From: Hypanus sabinus
Taxonomy: Eukaryota
DNA length: 64,000 bases
Direction: 5' to 3'
NCBI RefSeq assembly: GCF_030144855.1
Contig: NC_082722.1
Coordinates: forward strand, 19,096,001-19,160,000
Shown here: one piece after another, positions 38,401 to 52,689 of the stretch
How positions within the stretch are numbered: the first letter of the stretch is position 1
How the letters are laid out: every line of letters begins with the position of its first letter
Notes under the pieces: generated by a model
What the model saw: only the letters and a program-made list of their open reading frames with translations
What the model was told of the DNA's origin: nothing
Databases searched by the model: none
Translations under genes and position numbers: made by a program

Positions 38401-39459
38401 TTCATTGTCAGGCCAGGAAATTAGATAGTGGGAAAAATCGAAATTAAACATTCTAATCTTCATCCTTCGTCTTCTCCTTTCCGTCTTTCTAACTGTTGGA
38501 AGTTTAAAATAATTCGTACAAAATTTATTTTTTATTATTTAAATAATTTATATTTGCATATACTTGCTGGGAGAGGGCTCACTACATTATCAACACAAGT
38601 TGAAAAACACAGAAGAAAAGTAAATGCAGAAGGTATCGGAAATAACCATTAGTTTGACACCTTTGGTGAAGAGAAACGTCTGCTGGGAAGCTTTCACGAT
38701 GCAATAAACCCGAAAAAGATCTTAATCCGCCATTTTCTACAGTTGCATCCTGAGTTCCGTTGGACTCTAAATTTGCAAAATCTAAGGCATTTGTGTCCTT
38801 CCACACGCAACTCACGCCCTCGAGATACTACAGCTCATTTTCTGCCTTGTTTCTTTCCACTTGTCAGTCATAAATATAATGAAACTTCGTGGTCCTGGAA
38901 CAAAATCCAAATGGTCGCCAATTAGCCCATTATTACCATATTAATACTTTTATTTCTGAATCTCATCTCTCGAATACTCACGTTCGAACCATTTCAACAT
39001 TAAACGCAAAAAAATGATCTTCAATTCTGATTTTGTTAATCGACTTTGCTGTGGAACATTTCGGATACGCTTTGACAATGCGGTATTAAATAAATGCACC
39101 ATGATAAAATGTCAGTGTTCACAATTTCAATATAGTTTTTTTTTTACTGAGATTGCGAAGGTTTCCTCCGTATTTAAGGTGAAATACTAGAGAACTTTTA
39201 TCCATGTTCCAGATCTCTATTCTTGTCAGTACACATTTGACAACACGGTACAACACACTTAATTCGCCAGTCAGTATTCTGATAACTTAAACGGACAGAG
39301 AATACCATGCATGTATAAAAAATTCTTGTCTAGTCTTTTTGTTTAAGATTTGTGCTTACATTCAAGCAAAGCAATTTGTCCAATCTCAGTATCTTATCAT
39401 ATCCTTAGCTGATATCACCTAAGTTCCGAGAGGCAATATTTCTCCTGGCGTTGACTTTG

Positions 39460-39600
39460 TCTATTCGAGTTCTGAAGAACGGTCTTGGTCTGAAACGTCG
39501 GCTGTTTATTCATTTCATAGATGCTGCCTGAAGTGCTGAGTTCCTTCAGCATTTGGCGTACTGTAGCTCTGGACTTCCGGCATCAGCAGAATATTTTGTG
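39460..39600 (+). mobile_element. Penelope-like terminus fragment
   Basis: ctgaagaacggtcttggtctgaaacgtcggctg..atagatgctgcctgaagtgctgagttccttcagcatt. Confidence 0.65.
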
Positions 39601-41793
39601 TTTATAAATGTTATCCTACTTAGGATCACAAATTGCAAATATTCGATGTTATCAGAAAATATTGGAAAATTTTAAACAGGTATTTAACTGATATAAAAAG
39701 TTGATATACATTTGTTGTTTTTGAATGACATATCGTGAGTAAAGAAACACATACTTTCAGAAATAGCTTTACAAGTAATTTACTTAAATTAACTTTCTTA
39801 CTTTTCAAATAAGCGTTAAACGCGATAACGTGAGTATCTGCAACTTACTCGCCTGAGGTGGTGAGGCTTCTGACCACACGGAGTTTCCATTATGTCAGCA
39901 GCTAACTGTGAGTGCAGTCACTTCGCTGTGTGTGCTCTCGTTCAGCAAAAACATCTGCACCGGGATCATCTTGTCATTGCAAAGCAAGAAAAGTTCACTT
40001 TTGAGGATTAGAAATCGTGTTTCACGTGCAAAATAGGTGCCTCTTTCGACAAATAATTTACATTTTCATCGAGTCAGAACAAAGGAAAACACAAGTACAC
40101 ATAAACGCAATATTACACAATAGGTTCTACACGTGCGGCATGAACATTTATTTTGATATATTTTTAAATTCGTTACCATATTTTGATGGGGCACAGCAAA
40201 AAAGTATTTCAAGCACGTTCTGATTCTGAGCACTTCACATAATATGACAAAACACATGTTAAATGTTAACAATGTTGAACACACAGAAAATTTAGGTTAC
40301 CAAAAAGAGTACAAAAGAGAAGAAAACAAGAAATTCCGGAGTTAAGGTTCGGCATTGTTCGCCGTGGAAAAGAGGCGATCATTGGGAGTTGGAGAATGGA
40401 GTATACCACAAATTAGCCGAGGTATACTTCCAGCTCTGATAAAAAGGAGGTAAAATCTAGAGGCACAAAAGCACAGAGTGGTTTGAAAGGATGGATGACA
40501 ATTATAAAATCCATGTTTTCTTTCACTAAATGGCAGAGTGGTTCGGTGAGTGCGTGGTTTTCTGATAAACAAGTCGCATAAACAAATCATAACCAGACAC
40601 GCAGAATTCTTGTAATTATTCTTCCATATTGACACGCATATATAGTCCCCCAGTTATGTCCTCTCGGCCAGGAGTGCACGAATCAGCACAAAGACAGACA
40701 TTTCCTCTGCATCTACTCGGACTGCAATACTCTGTTCGAAACTGTTCAATCTGTTTGCCTTCCCAGCACAATAACCAGGAATGTCGACCAATCATCTCAC
40801 ATTTTCAGTGACAGTATTCCGAAAATTTTTGAATTGTAAAGACATTTTCCGTGCTCGGACACAGCAGTTCCCCAAATCTAGATTTCTGTAACAATACCAG
40901 CACTATACTAAGGCAGGCATTGCTGAATGTACCCTTAACACTCATCTTGCATTAACTTACTTTCCTCCAAGACTGTGTTGTGTAGTACGTGGCATGTCCT
41001 CGTGATCTATCGTCCAGGGCTCAGGACCTACCTTTATTCTGGAACCCCTGTGCTTCAAATTTATAATCGCCAAACTCAGGCAAAGTATTATTTTTATTAT
41101 TATTTCGAGTTGGTAAAGTCAAGCAAGCTAATTTCTCAACTGTTAGCAAAATTCAAACTGGAGCTTAGAATTGTGGCTTTCTGGAGATTTCTATAAATAT
41201 TGCTGTGTAGACCTGATTGTTTAATGATTTTACGTTATGAATTTGGGATGATATCAGTTACAACTACAAATCTCTACAGATATCACTATTTGGACAAGGT
41301 ACACCCTTTTCATGTTCCACAGTCTTTCAATTTTCTCTTTTAATTTCAGGTGATTTTCACTCATCAGTTTCTTATATTCTGTGTCTTTGGACTGGCTATA
41401 TCTAGTAAGTAGGTTCTTTTTGCCTGTTTATCCTCTAATATTTATATGCGAAATGTTATTATAAATTGCCCCATCTGCAATAATGGATTAATTGTATTGT
41501 GATTATTTGTGAGACTCTAACTCTCAAACTGAACCAGACACACGTTTATCACAAGGAAAGGTTCCACTACTGAGTTTAATATATTAAGCAAGATTTTGGT
41601 AAAGAATGCTTGCCACTTAATTGTGCCTGTCTGAGTAATCGGATTGACTTCAACTGTGGCAAGGTCCTGTAATGAGTTAGATAGTTTCTGGCTTCCCTTG
41701 GCCTTTCTGCATGCATCATCTTACAATTTTCATTGGTTTTTAATCTGTATTTTTGATCATTTTTTGAGTGAACCACCTGGTCCTGTCTGCCAC

Positions 41794-42518
41794 TGTTATG
41801 GTTCAATCTGGAGCACGCAATCCTGGTCTTGATCCGGTCCGCGGAGTCTGGACTCCGGGTCTCGTAGCCGTTCTCCTTTCACCATTAAGCCAAAATGGGA
41901 TCATCTTGGCTTAAGGAGGCGCACCTGATGCCTATCAGCTGGCAGGTGTACATAAGGGGCTCTGCCAGTGAGTCGAGTTGGGCGTCGTTCTGTTTTGTTT
42001 TGTTTGTCTTGTACTCGCTGGTCCCTCTGTTCGGTCTGGTTCGCCTTGTTCGCGCTGTTCGCCTGTCTATCAGGTTTAGACCAGGTGGTCCTGTTTGCGC
42101 TGGTCGCCCGGTTTCATTCTGTTAGTCCTGTTCGCCCCGCCTTGGAGTACCCACCGTTAATCATCTAGTTCTGTGAGTCAGTCTCAGAGTCACCCAGGAT
42201 CGAGCTCCCTTCCTATCCCTTGCCTCCGTCGGGTAAACCCGGCCGGACTGCCGTTGCCCGGCGGGGAACTCCGCTCTTTCCTACCCCTCGCATCCGACGG
42301 GTTGTGCCCTGCAATCTGCCCAGGCCCTTCTGTTCCTGCCTGGGAGGCCGGACGCTGTCCAGGAGTTATACGGCCTGCCCAGGGGGCTATCCTCCCAGAA
42401 TTCCTTGTCCCACAGACCCATCCTTTAGCCTAGTCAAGATCCGGCCTTGCCAGGAACTCCAAGATCACCATGAACGTCACGTCCCTCACGCGCACCACGG
42501 TCTAACCATCTTAAAACA
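41794..42518 (+). mobile_element. Probable solo Gypsy LTR
   Basis: Starts tgttatgg, has gcgcacctg and a TATA-like cataa, a pyrimidine-rich body, and ends ..aaca. No TSD could be confirmed. Confidence 0.6.
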
Positions 42519-45500
42519 TAGAACATAGAATAGTATAGCACATTACGGGCCCTTCGGTCCACAATGTTGTGCCGACCCTCAAACCCTGCCTCCCATATAA
42601 CCCCCCACCTTAAATTCCTCCATATATCTGTCTACTAGTCTCTTAAACTTCACTAGTGTATTTGCCTCCACCACTGACTCAGGCAGTGCATTCCACGCAA
42701 CAACCACTTTCTGAGTGCAAAACCTTCCTCTAATATCCCCCTCGAACTTCTCTCCCCTTACCTTAAAGCCATGTCCTCTTGTACTGAGCAGTGTTGTTCT
42801 GGGGAAGAGACGCTGGCTGTCCATTCTGTCTATACCTCTTAATATCGTGTACATCTCTATCCTCTCATTCTCCTTATCTCCAAAGTGTAAAGCCCTAGCT
42901 CCCTTCATCTCTGATCATAATCCATACTCTCTAAACCAAGCAGCATCCTGGTAAATCTTCTCTGTACCCTTTCCAATGTTTCCACATCCTTCCTATAATG
43001 AAGCGACCAGAACTGGACACAGTACTCCAAGTGTGACGTAACTAGAGTTTTATAGAGCAGCGTCATTACACCGCGTCTCTTAAGCTCTATCCCTTGTCTT
43101 ATGAAAGCTAACACCCCATCAGCTTTCTTAACTACCCTATCAACCTGTGAGGCAACTTTCAGGGATCTATGGACATGTGCCCCCGGATCCTTCTGCTCCT
43201 CCACACTACCAAGTATCCCGCCATTTACTCTGTCCTGTGCCTTGGAGATTGTCTTTCCAAAGTGTGTCACATCACACTTATCCGGGTTGAACTCCATCTG
43301 CCACTTCTCAGCCCACTTCTGCATCCTATCAATGTCTCTTTGTGTCGTCTGCAAAATTGTCAACCCTTCTAGCGCCACATCCAGGTCGTTAATAAAAATT
43401 ACGAAAAGTAGAGGTCCCAGAACAGATCCTTGTGGGACACCACTAGTCACAGCCTCCAAATCTGAATGTACTCCTTCCACCATTACCCTCTTACTTCTGC
43501 AGGCAAGCCAATTCTCAAGTGGCCAAACTTCCATGGATCCCATGCCTTATGACTTTCTGAATAAGCCTACCGTGTGGAATCTTGTCAAATCCCTCACTAA
43601 AATCCATGCAGATCACATCCACTGCACTACCCTCATCTATATGCCTGGTCACCTTCTCAAATAACTCTATCAGGCTTGTTACGCACGAACATGCCATGTT
43701 CACAGAGCCATGCTGACTGTCCCTGATCAGACCACGATTCTCTGAATGCCCATAGATCCTATCTCTAAGAATTTTTTCCAACAGCTTTCCCACCACAGAC
43801 GTAAGGCTCACTGGTCTATAATTACCTGGACTATCCCTACTACCTCTTCTGAACAAGGGGACAACATTTGCCACTCTCCAATGCTCCGGTACCATTCCCG
43901 TGGCAACGAGGACATAAAGATTCTAGCCAGAGGTTCAGCAATCTCTTCCCTTTACTCATGGAGCAGCCTGGAGAATATTCTGTCAAGCCCTGTGGACTTA
44001 TCCGTCCTAATGAATTTTAACAACACCGACACCTCCTCTCCCTTAATATCAACATGCTCCAGAACATCAACCTCACTCATATTTTCCTCACCGTCATCAA
44101 GTTCCCTTTGAATGGTGAATATCGAAGAGAAGTATTCATTGAGGACCTCGCTCACTTCCATAGCCTCCAGGCACATCTTCCCACTTTTATCTCTAATCGG
44201 TCCTACCTTCATTCCTGTCATCCTTTTATTCTTCACATAATTGAAGAATGCCTTGGGGATTTCTTATACACGACTCGCCAAGGCCTTCTCATGACCCCTA
44301 CTCGCTTTTCTCAGCACATTCGTAAGCTCCTTTCTTGCTACCCAATATTCCTGAATAGGCCCATCTGATCCTTGCTTCCTAAACCTCATGTATGCTGCCT
44401 TCTTCCACCTAACTAGATTTTTCTCTTCACTTGCCACCCATGGATCCTTCACCCTATCGTTTTTTTATCTTCCTCACCGGAATAAATTTATCCCTAACAT
44501 CCTCTAAGAGATCCTTAAACATAGACCACATGTTCACAGTACATTTCCCTGCAAAAACAACATCCCATTTCACACCCGCAAGTTCCAGCCTTATAGCCTC
44601 ATAATTTGCCCTTCCCCAATTAGAAAATGTCCTGTCTTCTCTCATTCTATTCCTTTCTATAGTAATGCTAAAGTCCAAGGAGCGGTGATCACTGTCCCCC
44701 AGATGCTCAGCCACTGACAGATTAGTGACATGACCCGGTTCGTTGCCTAAAACTAGATGTAGTATGGCATTCCCCTTAGTCGGCCTCTCAACATACTGTG
44801 ACAGGAATCCATGCTGGACACAGTTAAGAAACTCTGCCCCATCTAAACCCTTGGAACTAATCAAGTGCCAATCAATATTAGGGAAGTTAAAGTCACCCAC
44901 GATAAGAACCCTGTTATATTTGCACCTTTCCAAAATCTGCCTCCCAATCTGCTCTTCTGTATCTCTGCTGCTACCTGGGAGCCTATAGAATACCCCAAGT
45001 TGAGTATTTGTTCCCTTCCTGTTCCTGACTTCCACCCATACTGACCCAAAAGAGTATCCTGCTACGTTACACACCCTTTCTGCAGCTGTAATAGTATCCC
45101 TGACCAGTAATGCCACCCCTACTCCCCTTTCCGCCTTTCTCTATCCCTTTTAATGCACTGAAATCCAGGAATATTGAGAATCCATTCCTGTCCTGGTGTC
45201 AGGCAAGTCTCCGTAATGGCCACTGCATCATAATTCCATGTATGTATCCAAGCTCTCAGTTCCTCACCTTTGTTCCTGATTCTTCTTGCATTGAAGTACA
45301 CACACTTTAGCCCTTCTACCTTTCTACCTTTACACCCTTTATTCTGCTGTTCTTTCCTCAAAGTCTCTCTATATGTTAGATCTGGCTTTACTCCATGCAC
45401 TTCTTTCACTGCTCTATCGCTCTGGGTCCCATTCCCCTTGCAAATTAGTTTAAACCCTCCCGAACCATTCTAGCAAATCTACCAGCAAGGATATTGCTGC

Positions 45501-45640
45501 CCCTCGAGTTCAGGTGCAACCCATCCAAACTGTACATGTCCTACCTTGTCCAGAAGAGATCCCAATAGTCCAAAAATCTAAAACCCTGCCCCGTGCACCA
45601 ACTCCTCAGCCACGCATCTTGTTCTATCCCTTAGTTGTTG
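42515..45640 (-). mobile_element. Near-full-length CR1 LINE (end of ORF1, APE, RT, tail), decayed
   Basis: Minus ORFs with [33 protein letters not shown] and KWQMEFNPDKC, and a (ctatgtt) tail at about 42520. Confidence 0.93.
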
Positions 45641-47234
45641 ATGTCCTGTCCCTAGTACTTCAGTGGCTGCGTCCTGAATTTGAGACCAGTCTCATGTCCC
45701 CTGGTGACAGCCGGAATGAAGCACTTTGTTTTGAGAGTCTCCAACTCTGAGCCAGGCATTCGAAGCTTTAATCTGTTCAGACACTGGGGATGTCTTCCAA
45801 AGACGGTCATATTCTTCCATTGGTTAAGTTGTTTCTTCCAGAGTGATAATTTCTTCATTTATCTGTTTTGTGCTTTAATTTCATTTTAGTGGTAGGTCCT
45901 TCTTATCAGAATTGCATGTGCTCACCTGGAGTGTTGAATCCTGTTTCAATAGATGAAAAAATATCCTTAGAATTTTTTCTGAATGTTGTACAAAGTTTAG
46001 TTATATATGTTATTCCTCTTCCCCCTTCTCTCCTAAGTAGCATTAATCTAAGCGTGTTCAAATGTACATTGTGTTTTCTAAAATTTATAATTTCAATTTT
46101 TACTTTTCTTTCTAAATTTTCCAGATGGGCTTCGATCCAAGATATTACGCCAGAAGAATACGTTAATGGGTATTATAATTACTATTATTCGTATTATATA
46201 ATTACCATAGGTGCCAACGCATGCGAGTAGCCAGATATCCTGCGCTGAGTGATCAGCGATTGTTCCTACGAACAATTCACGTTGCTATTGCAGTGCGACG
46301 CGGCTTTTCTACCGACTACTCAATTTTATTTCCCGTAAGCATCCGATCTTTATGGAACATTCATTGAAATCGTTGCTTGTACATCGCAGGGAAGCATGCA
46401 TGAGTTTACTGTTGCTGGTACTGCTTTTCAAACCTAGTATCAGTTCATTATGCACAGCTATCTTCCATAAGTTAAGTACTCTCTTTCAAGTAGCTCATTT
46501 GCACGAGGATAGCTTATCTGCATATTTTCACGTACTAGATGCGCCTTTTAAGCAAACTCCCACTTATCTGAGGAATAGCAATTTTGGTATCCGCTATATT
46601 AAGCTAAAATTCACAGCGGTAAGTATAGTACTCAAGAAAACGTAAACTAATAACTAACAAAAAATATTTAAAATTAAAGGTAACTGTCCAATACTTATTA
46701 ACATTGACGGGGTAGTCCACATTAACTTTGAACAGTATTTTTATATCAACAGATAGACAGATACGTAAATCATCTGAAGTTTAATTTAAGGGATATAATA
46801 CCGGAAATATATTTTCACACGAGAGTAACAGTTTATAGAAGACTCATCAAGTTAGATAATATGAAATCAAAAAACAAATGTGCCGTGGAATAGCATTGGA
46901 CTTTATTTCTGAGATTGGTAATTTTCCTGCTCATATTTTCCCTCGTATTGCTCGATAGGAAGTGTGGATTACACAGCTAATCTGTTTTCAAAGTTTTTTC
47001 TGTGCCCTCCCCCGCCCCCAGATATGTAGGAGTCATTTATAAATATTAGGCAATTCGTTGGCGTAAAGCATGTGACATCCTATTTTATCTTTTGCACCAT
47101 TTTAAAGGTAGAAGAAGGCTTTGCTGAGACAGGCAACATTGTTTAACTTTGTTCTCTATTTATTTTATTTGCTAGATGAGTCAGCATCGAAGAGACTCCA
47201 CCCGTCCAATGAGCAGCCGAGCCAGCAACCCACG

Positions 47235-47460
47235 TACTTAAATCCACTCTAATCACAGGAGAATTTACAATGATGGATTAACCTACGAACCGGTTCGTCT
47301 TCAGACTGTCGGAGGAAACCGGAGAGCCTGGAGGAGTCTCACGTGGTTCACGGGGAGAAAGTGCAAATTCCTTAAAAATTGCGCCAGAATTGAACCCCAA
47401 ACTCTAGAATGCCCTGCAATGTGAGAGCATCGCGCTAACCGTAATGCTACCGTGGCCTTT
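47235..47460 (-). mobile_element. tRNA-derived SINE (V-SINE/HE1-like)
   Basis: Minus strand has an A-box-like cggtagcattacggttagc and a B-box gggttcaattc; the body ggaggaaaccggag..cacggggagaa is typical of V-SINEs. Confidence 0.7.
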
Positions 47461-47919
47461 TTAACAATTTCATTTCAGTTATATTTTCACGTGATCTGTG
47501 ACTTACAACATGGCGGGTGGTAGTCACCGGATTTTCTCTCTGCTGCAATTTAGGGAATTTCAAGAGGGTGTTTTACAGAGATTGATCATAAATTGCGTAC
47601 TGTATAAGCCATTCTGCCTCTCAAATTGAATTAAACTGTGATTTATCATTGGAGAAATTAGAAATGGCGTGCACCATATCCTTCTGCTTGAGAAATACTG
47701 TTAAAACTTGGCGGCAATAGCTTTAAAAGATTTGGTCACATCGATGATAATAGCATCCCAATTCTTTCTATTCGCTACCCATTTAATTAGTGATTATGAT
47801 GCCTTACCTAAAATTTTAAATTACCGATGTAGCCTGTTGGATGTATGTTCACGGCTGACGCTTATCAGCTGTTGGTCAGGCCGCATTTGTAATATTGTGA
47901 GTTGCTTTGTTCGGTGTGG

Positions 47920-48900
47920 AAGGAAAGATGTCCTGAACTTGGAAGGAGTCCACAGCAGCTTCACGAAAATGTTCCCAAAAATAAAAGGATTAACAGCGAG
48001 GGGCGTTGTGTATCAATGTGCCTGTAGTAGATGGAGTTCATAAGATCATAAAACCACAAGACATAGGAGATGAATTTACCATTTGGCCCATAGAGCCTGC
48101 TCTGTCATTTCACCAAGGATCATCCAATTTTCCTCTGAGTTCCAATACTCTGCCTCCTCCCCGTAACCCTTCATGACCTGACCAACGAAGAAATCCATCA
48201 ACCTTTGCATTAAATATACATAAAAAAACGTTGCATTCACAGCTACCTGTGGTCAATATTTACCCAGATTAACCACTCTCTGGCTGAATACATTTTTGCT
48301 CATCTCCATTCTAAAAGAACGTTCCTCTATTTTCAGGTTGTGTCCTCTCGTTGCACACTCTCCCGTCATGGGAGACATCCTGTCCATATTCGCTCTATTA
48401 AAACCCTTCACTATCTGAGAGATTTCAATAAAGTTACCCCTCATTCTTCTGAATTCTAGTTAATGTAGGGCCAGAGCCATCAAACTCCCTTGATATGAGG
48501 GGAGAGGTGGGGTGAGTGGTAGGACGGGGTGATGGCATCAGTGACTTCAATGAAACATACGAGATGCTGAGAAGCCCATGGAGAGTAGACGTGGAGAGGT
48601 ATTTCCATTTTGTAGCAAAGCCTAGGATCAAAGGTTACACAAGGGATATTCTTTGCAATTAACAAGTTTCTCTTTCCGTAAGAGGGTGCTGAATCTGTGG
48701 AATTCGCTGTCAGAGAAGGCTGCGGGGGCCAAGGTTTTGGACGTATTTAAGGCAGAGATTGAAATATCCTTGACTGTTACAGCTTTTAAAGGTTACGAGT
48801 AGAAGATGGGAGAATGAGGTTGAAAAATAACAAACTGGATTCAACGGCCGAGCAGAATGGATGAGCTAATTTTCCTAATTCTGCTCCTGTTCTCATAGTC
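47920..48900. mobile_element. Cluster of CR1 3' fragments in both orientations
   Basis: Plus fragment at about 47920-48040, minus 3' end at about 48040-48470, and plus 3' end at about 48540-48900. Confidence 0.7.
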
Positions 48901-49789
48901 TTATGGTCACTGCAGAACTCTTGAAGTGTTATTAAACTAATTAAACTTTCTCATAAAAAGTGTCTGAAGGGATTATAGTGAGACGTAAAAATTTTGTTAG
49001 ATCAATAGTCAACGACCAGAGTTTTGTTTTTCATTTGTAAACTGCTCAAAATGGAATGTAATCAAGATGAATCACTTCTTTTTTCCTTCGTATTTCAGAA
49101 TTACTGTCCCTGAAGGCAGTTAAACTAATCAAGCTCAAAAGCATTCATATATAACAACAAATGAAGTCTACCTATCAATTAATTTACTATTTATTTATTT
49201 TAGTTTTAATTGTATTATATTCCAGATTAGTTATCGTTCAATATTTTTCTGCAGTTTTCACTGACTATTATATTTCGTAGTTCTATCTGATTGCCTGCAA
49301 GGAAATGAATCTCAAGTTTGTATATGTTGATATACACATACTTTGAAAATAAAGTTACTTCCAACTTCGAACTTCTGACCTTTTAATTGAGGGTATACGC
49401 CTCACGGTGGTTATTGTTTAGGGCGTCACTCTTGGCCTCAGTAAGATAAGGTAATCTTCTTTCAATACCACCAGACCAGAGAGCAACGGCTTGTACATTT
49501 CCTGTCACCGAGCTTTATTTAGTGAATCGAATCTTGCAATTTGGTTCAGGTTCTCGATGGCGTTTCATTCCAGCAGATTGACATGGGATTCTGAACAACA
49601 TAGATATCCTCAGTTAACTGCTTCTTATTTCGCACGGATGGAAACAGTGAACACGTATTTCATCTATGAGGAACTGGGGTGATAACAGCAAATATGATCC
49701 CCTATAAGCTCAATATTTTACATGAAATTTGGAAACTGATTATTTTTCAAGCAATCAAACATTTCACACTATATCCCCCTCCCCCGGGG

Positions 49790-50640
49790 AATTCATGAAC
49801 AAATCTAAAATGGGAACTAAGCGCCTCGGTAGTCCCTCTCCAGGACGTATCTTACAGCATTCCGCTGGGTGTCAGGCATCCGAATTAAGCTACAGGACAT
49901 CTCAAAGTGGAGGCCACAGGACACTCAAACAAAATCCACTTGTGGATTATCAACAACGGTAGCTTATCATAAAAAGGGGACCACCTTTAAGGGAACCACC
50001 AACCAGGCAAGTGTCAACACACTGGTAGTTTCCACAAGGTTACCCCAAACACACAATGTGATAGCCACTTATCAAGTTCCATGACATATGATATAAGTAC
50101 AACACCGATTTGCCACAGTGGTGCCTTTATTCAGTGAACTAACACACCCAGACAAAGGGTAAACACACACGTGGTACTCACAAAGGTTTTCCCCTCATCA
50201 GAGAACCTACTCCTGTGGATTAACTACGTGACAATCACACTTCCCTAGCCGAATGAAAACAAACTCACCCTCACGGGCTTCTTGCATAGAGAGTCCAAAT
50301 AGTGATCTCTTTGTCACTTGGATTCTTCTGTTTCAAACCTTCCTCTCCTCTCCTCTCCTCCCTTCCTGCAAACGTGTTCTAGTTGCAGAAAACTTGTGAG
50401 ACTCATTACTCAATACTCAGGATCGATCTCAACTCACCCCTTTTGGGATACTGAAAGTTTAAACTAGCGACCGGCTCACTAGTGTGTTCCATTGACCGAA
50501 TCCATCTTGAAATTAACTGTGTCTGTCAGTGTGTACTTGTACATTCAAAATCAGCTGCAGGAAAAATGTAAACAAGCTGCAGAGAAGCCATAACATCGAC
50601 TGTCCATTAAATAACTCCACCTCTCTTCGCCTTAGCAACT
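49790..50640 (-). mobile_element. Possible LTR-derived sequence
   Basis: Non-coding, with purine-tract-like motifs at about 49780 and 49840; termini not resolved. Confidence 0.3.
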
Positions 50641-51154
50641 CAGAAGCAGGCAGTGTTCTTGCATAAGTCCAAACACACTGTGGTCAGTAGAAATCCAATA
50701 GAGTAAAAGTTTAGTCTCATTCTTCCGGCGTTTTAAAGTGCCAGACCACAGAAGAAAAATGAACCCTAGGGGTACATAACACATGGTATACATTGTTGAA
50801 TGCGTTCTGCAATAATATTTAAAAGAAATTTTTAAATTAATTTGTAATGCATATTTAAACAGCTTCGTTCCATAAAGCACCATAAAATTGTATGAAAATC
50901 AATCTTTTTCTTTGCTAAATGTAACGCATCTGCTGTTCAGTTACCCCTTTTAAATGTAAATGATTTTCCCCTATTCATTTTCCTCTTTACGTGCTTTCAC
51001 TGTATTTCTATTGATGCCTTGAGGACAAATAAAAAAAAATCACAACATATTTTGTAAAACAATCATACAAACTGATTATCTAGCTCTCAAATAAAGTCAG
51101 AATGTAATGCCTTTGATGTTAATTGAACTTTTTTCTAAGTAAGACAGTTTGAAG

Positions 51155-51155
<1 letters not shown>

Positions 51156-51220
<65 letters not shown>
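51156..51220. repeat. (TATC)16 microsatellite
   Basis: Perfect tetranucleotide run. Confidence 0.99.
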
Positions 51221-51221
<1 letters not shown>

Positions 51222-52689
51222 AAGGCTATCAGATATACCAGCTGCCATCCACATTAGGCTATTGAAATGTCATATCTTTCTTGGTGAGGTTTATTTTTCT
51301 GACGTCGAGCACCATTATTCCACTGCTTCTCTTTTTATGCATGATATTGTTTAAAAATGGAATCAATTAGTAAAATAGAGAGCATTTTACCATTTACTCC
51401 CTTGTATATTCGTTCTGCAAAAATTATCAACTTGCCTAAAATTGCCAATTAACCATGAGTACACATGAGTATTAGCATAATCGTACGATGATTTACAGGA
51501 GCAAAGGATTAAATATGCAATTCGCACACACGTATACATACACACATAAATAAATCAACAAGAATTGGATGTCTTCTGATCCTGACTGCAAAAATTCCAA
51601 GGTGATAAATGACACCAATTTCAATTTAATGAGTTTAAATGAAATTTACGAAGGAAAGAAATCACATTAAGGCACATTTATTTCCAAGAAGTCTGTTTAT
51701 TAAGGTAAAACGATTATGTCAGCATTTGTGCTAACATGAATAGTGTAGACTAACGGACAGTCATCAATACAATAAAAGAACTCAAACCGAGTGTGAACAA
51801 ATAAATTTGAGACCATGCAATACGTAACGAGATTTTAAGGATTGTAATCAAGCATTAGATGAAAAATTACAAACGGGGCTTTTCAAGAAGATGTGGTGAG
51901 GAAAATGTAGCCATAGAAAAGCATCTCATGTATGGTGTACTGTAGGTAGCTGAAACATGCTGTACTGTAAAGAGTTGAACATGATGACATTAAATACATA
52001 GGAAAAACAAATTAAAAAAGAATGAATGGACACTTTGTACTGGATACAGCTACACGGATTAGAGTAGTTGAACTTTTAAGATATTTTGCTAGATTGTGAT
52101 TGATTTTCGTGCCTGTTATTAATACCCCTTGATTGGATGCTTGTTCGAAATAGGCTGATCTCAGAATTGTAATGTTTTCTGATTTGTCATGGTCTTTAAT
52201 AGGGGATTACCTCCAAGTAATACAATATCACCCCATATGCAGTCCTCTTTGTCTGAATATAGGAATAGTTCTAGGCAGAGTAAATACATTTTCATAACGT
52301 GCTGTAGATTTACATCTTAATATCTTAAGTACTTTGGAGGTAACATTTTATTAATTTTCCTCAAGTGATTTCAGATTCACCCGATCCAATGATGTTTGGG
52401 AAGATAGACCACTCACCTGTGAATCAAAGAACAGAAGTTCAAAGTTAAAAAAAAAATATAAAAGTACATTTATGGTACGTGGGATTCATTGTCCGGCGGG
52501 CAAACTCAATAAATCCATAGATAATAAAATTAACATGATCAATGAAAGACTGCAGCAAAGTGGACGTACAACCAAAGTGCAAAAAAGACAACGAACTGAG
52601 CAAATACAAAAAGAAAGTAATAATAAGAAAATAAATAATAAATATCGAGAACATGAGAGTGTAACGAGGGAGCAGTTGACACCCTTATT

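Noticed and set aside
41248-41349. In-frame ATG exon (MISVTTTNLYRYHYLDK) upstream of the 41350 exon
   Set aside because: The implied intron is only 51 nt, below the usual vertebrate minimum.
46093-46275. Minus-strand ORF resembling a TM segment with a basic tail (IWLLACVGTY..IIVIIIP..FFWR)
   Set aside because: The hydrophobicity comes from an AT-rich tract, a donor-like site interrupts it, and no associated Ig exons were found upstream.
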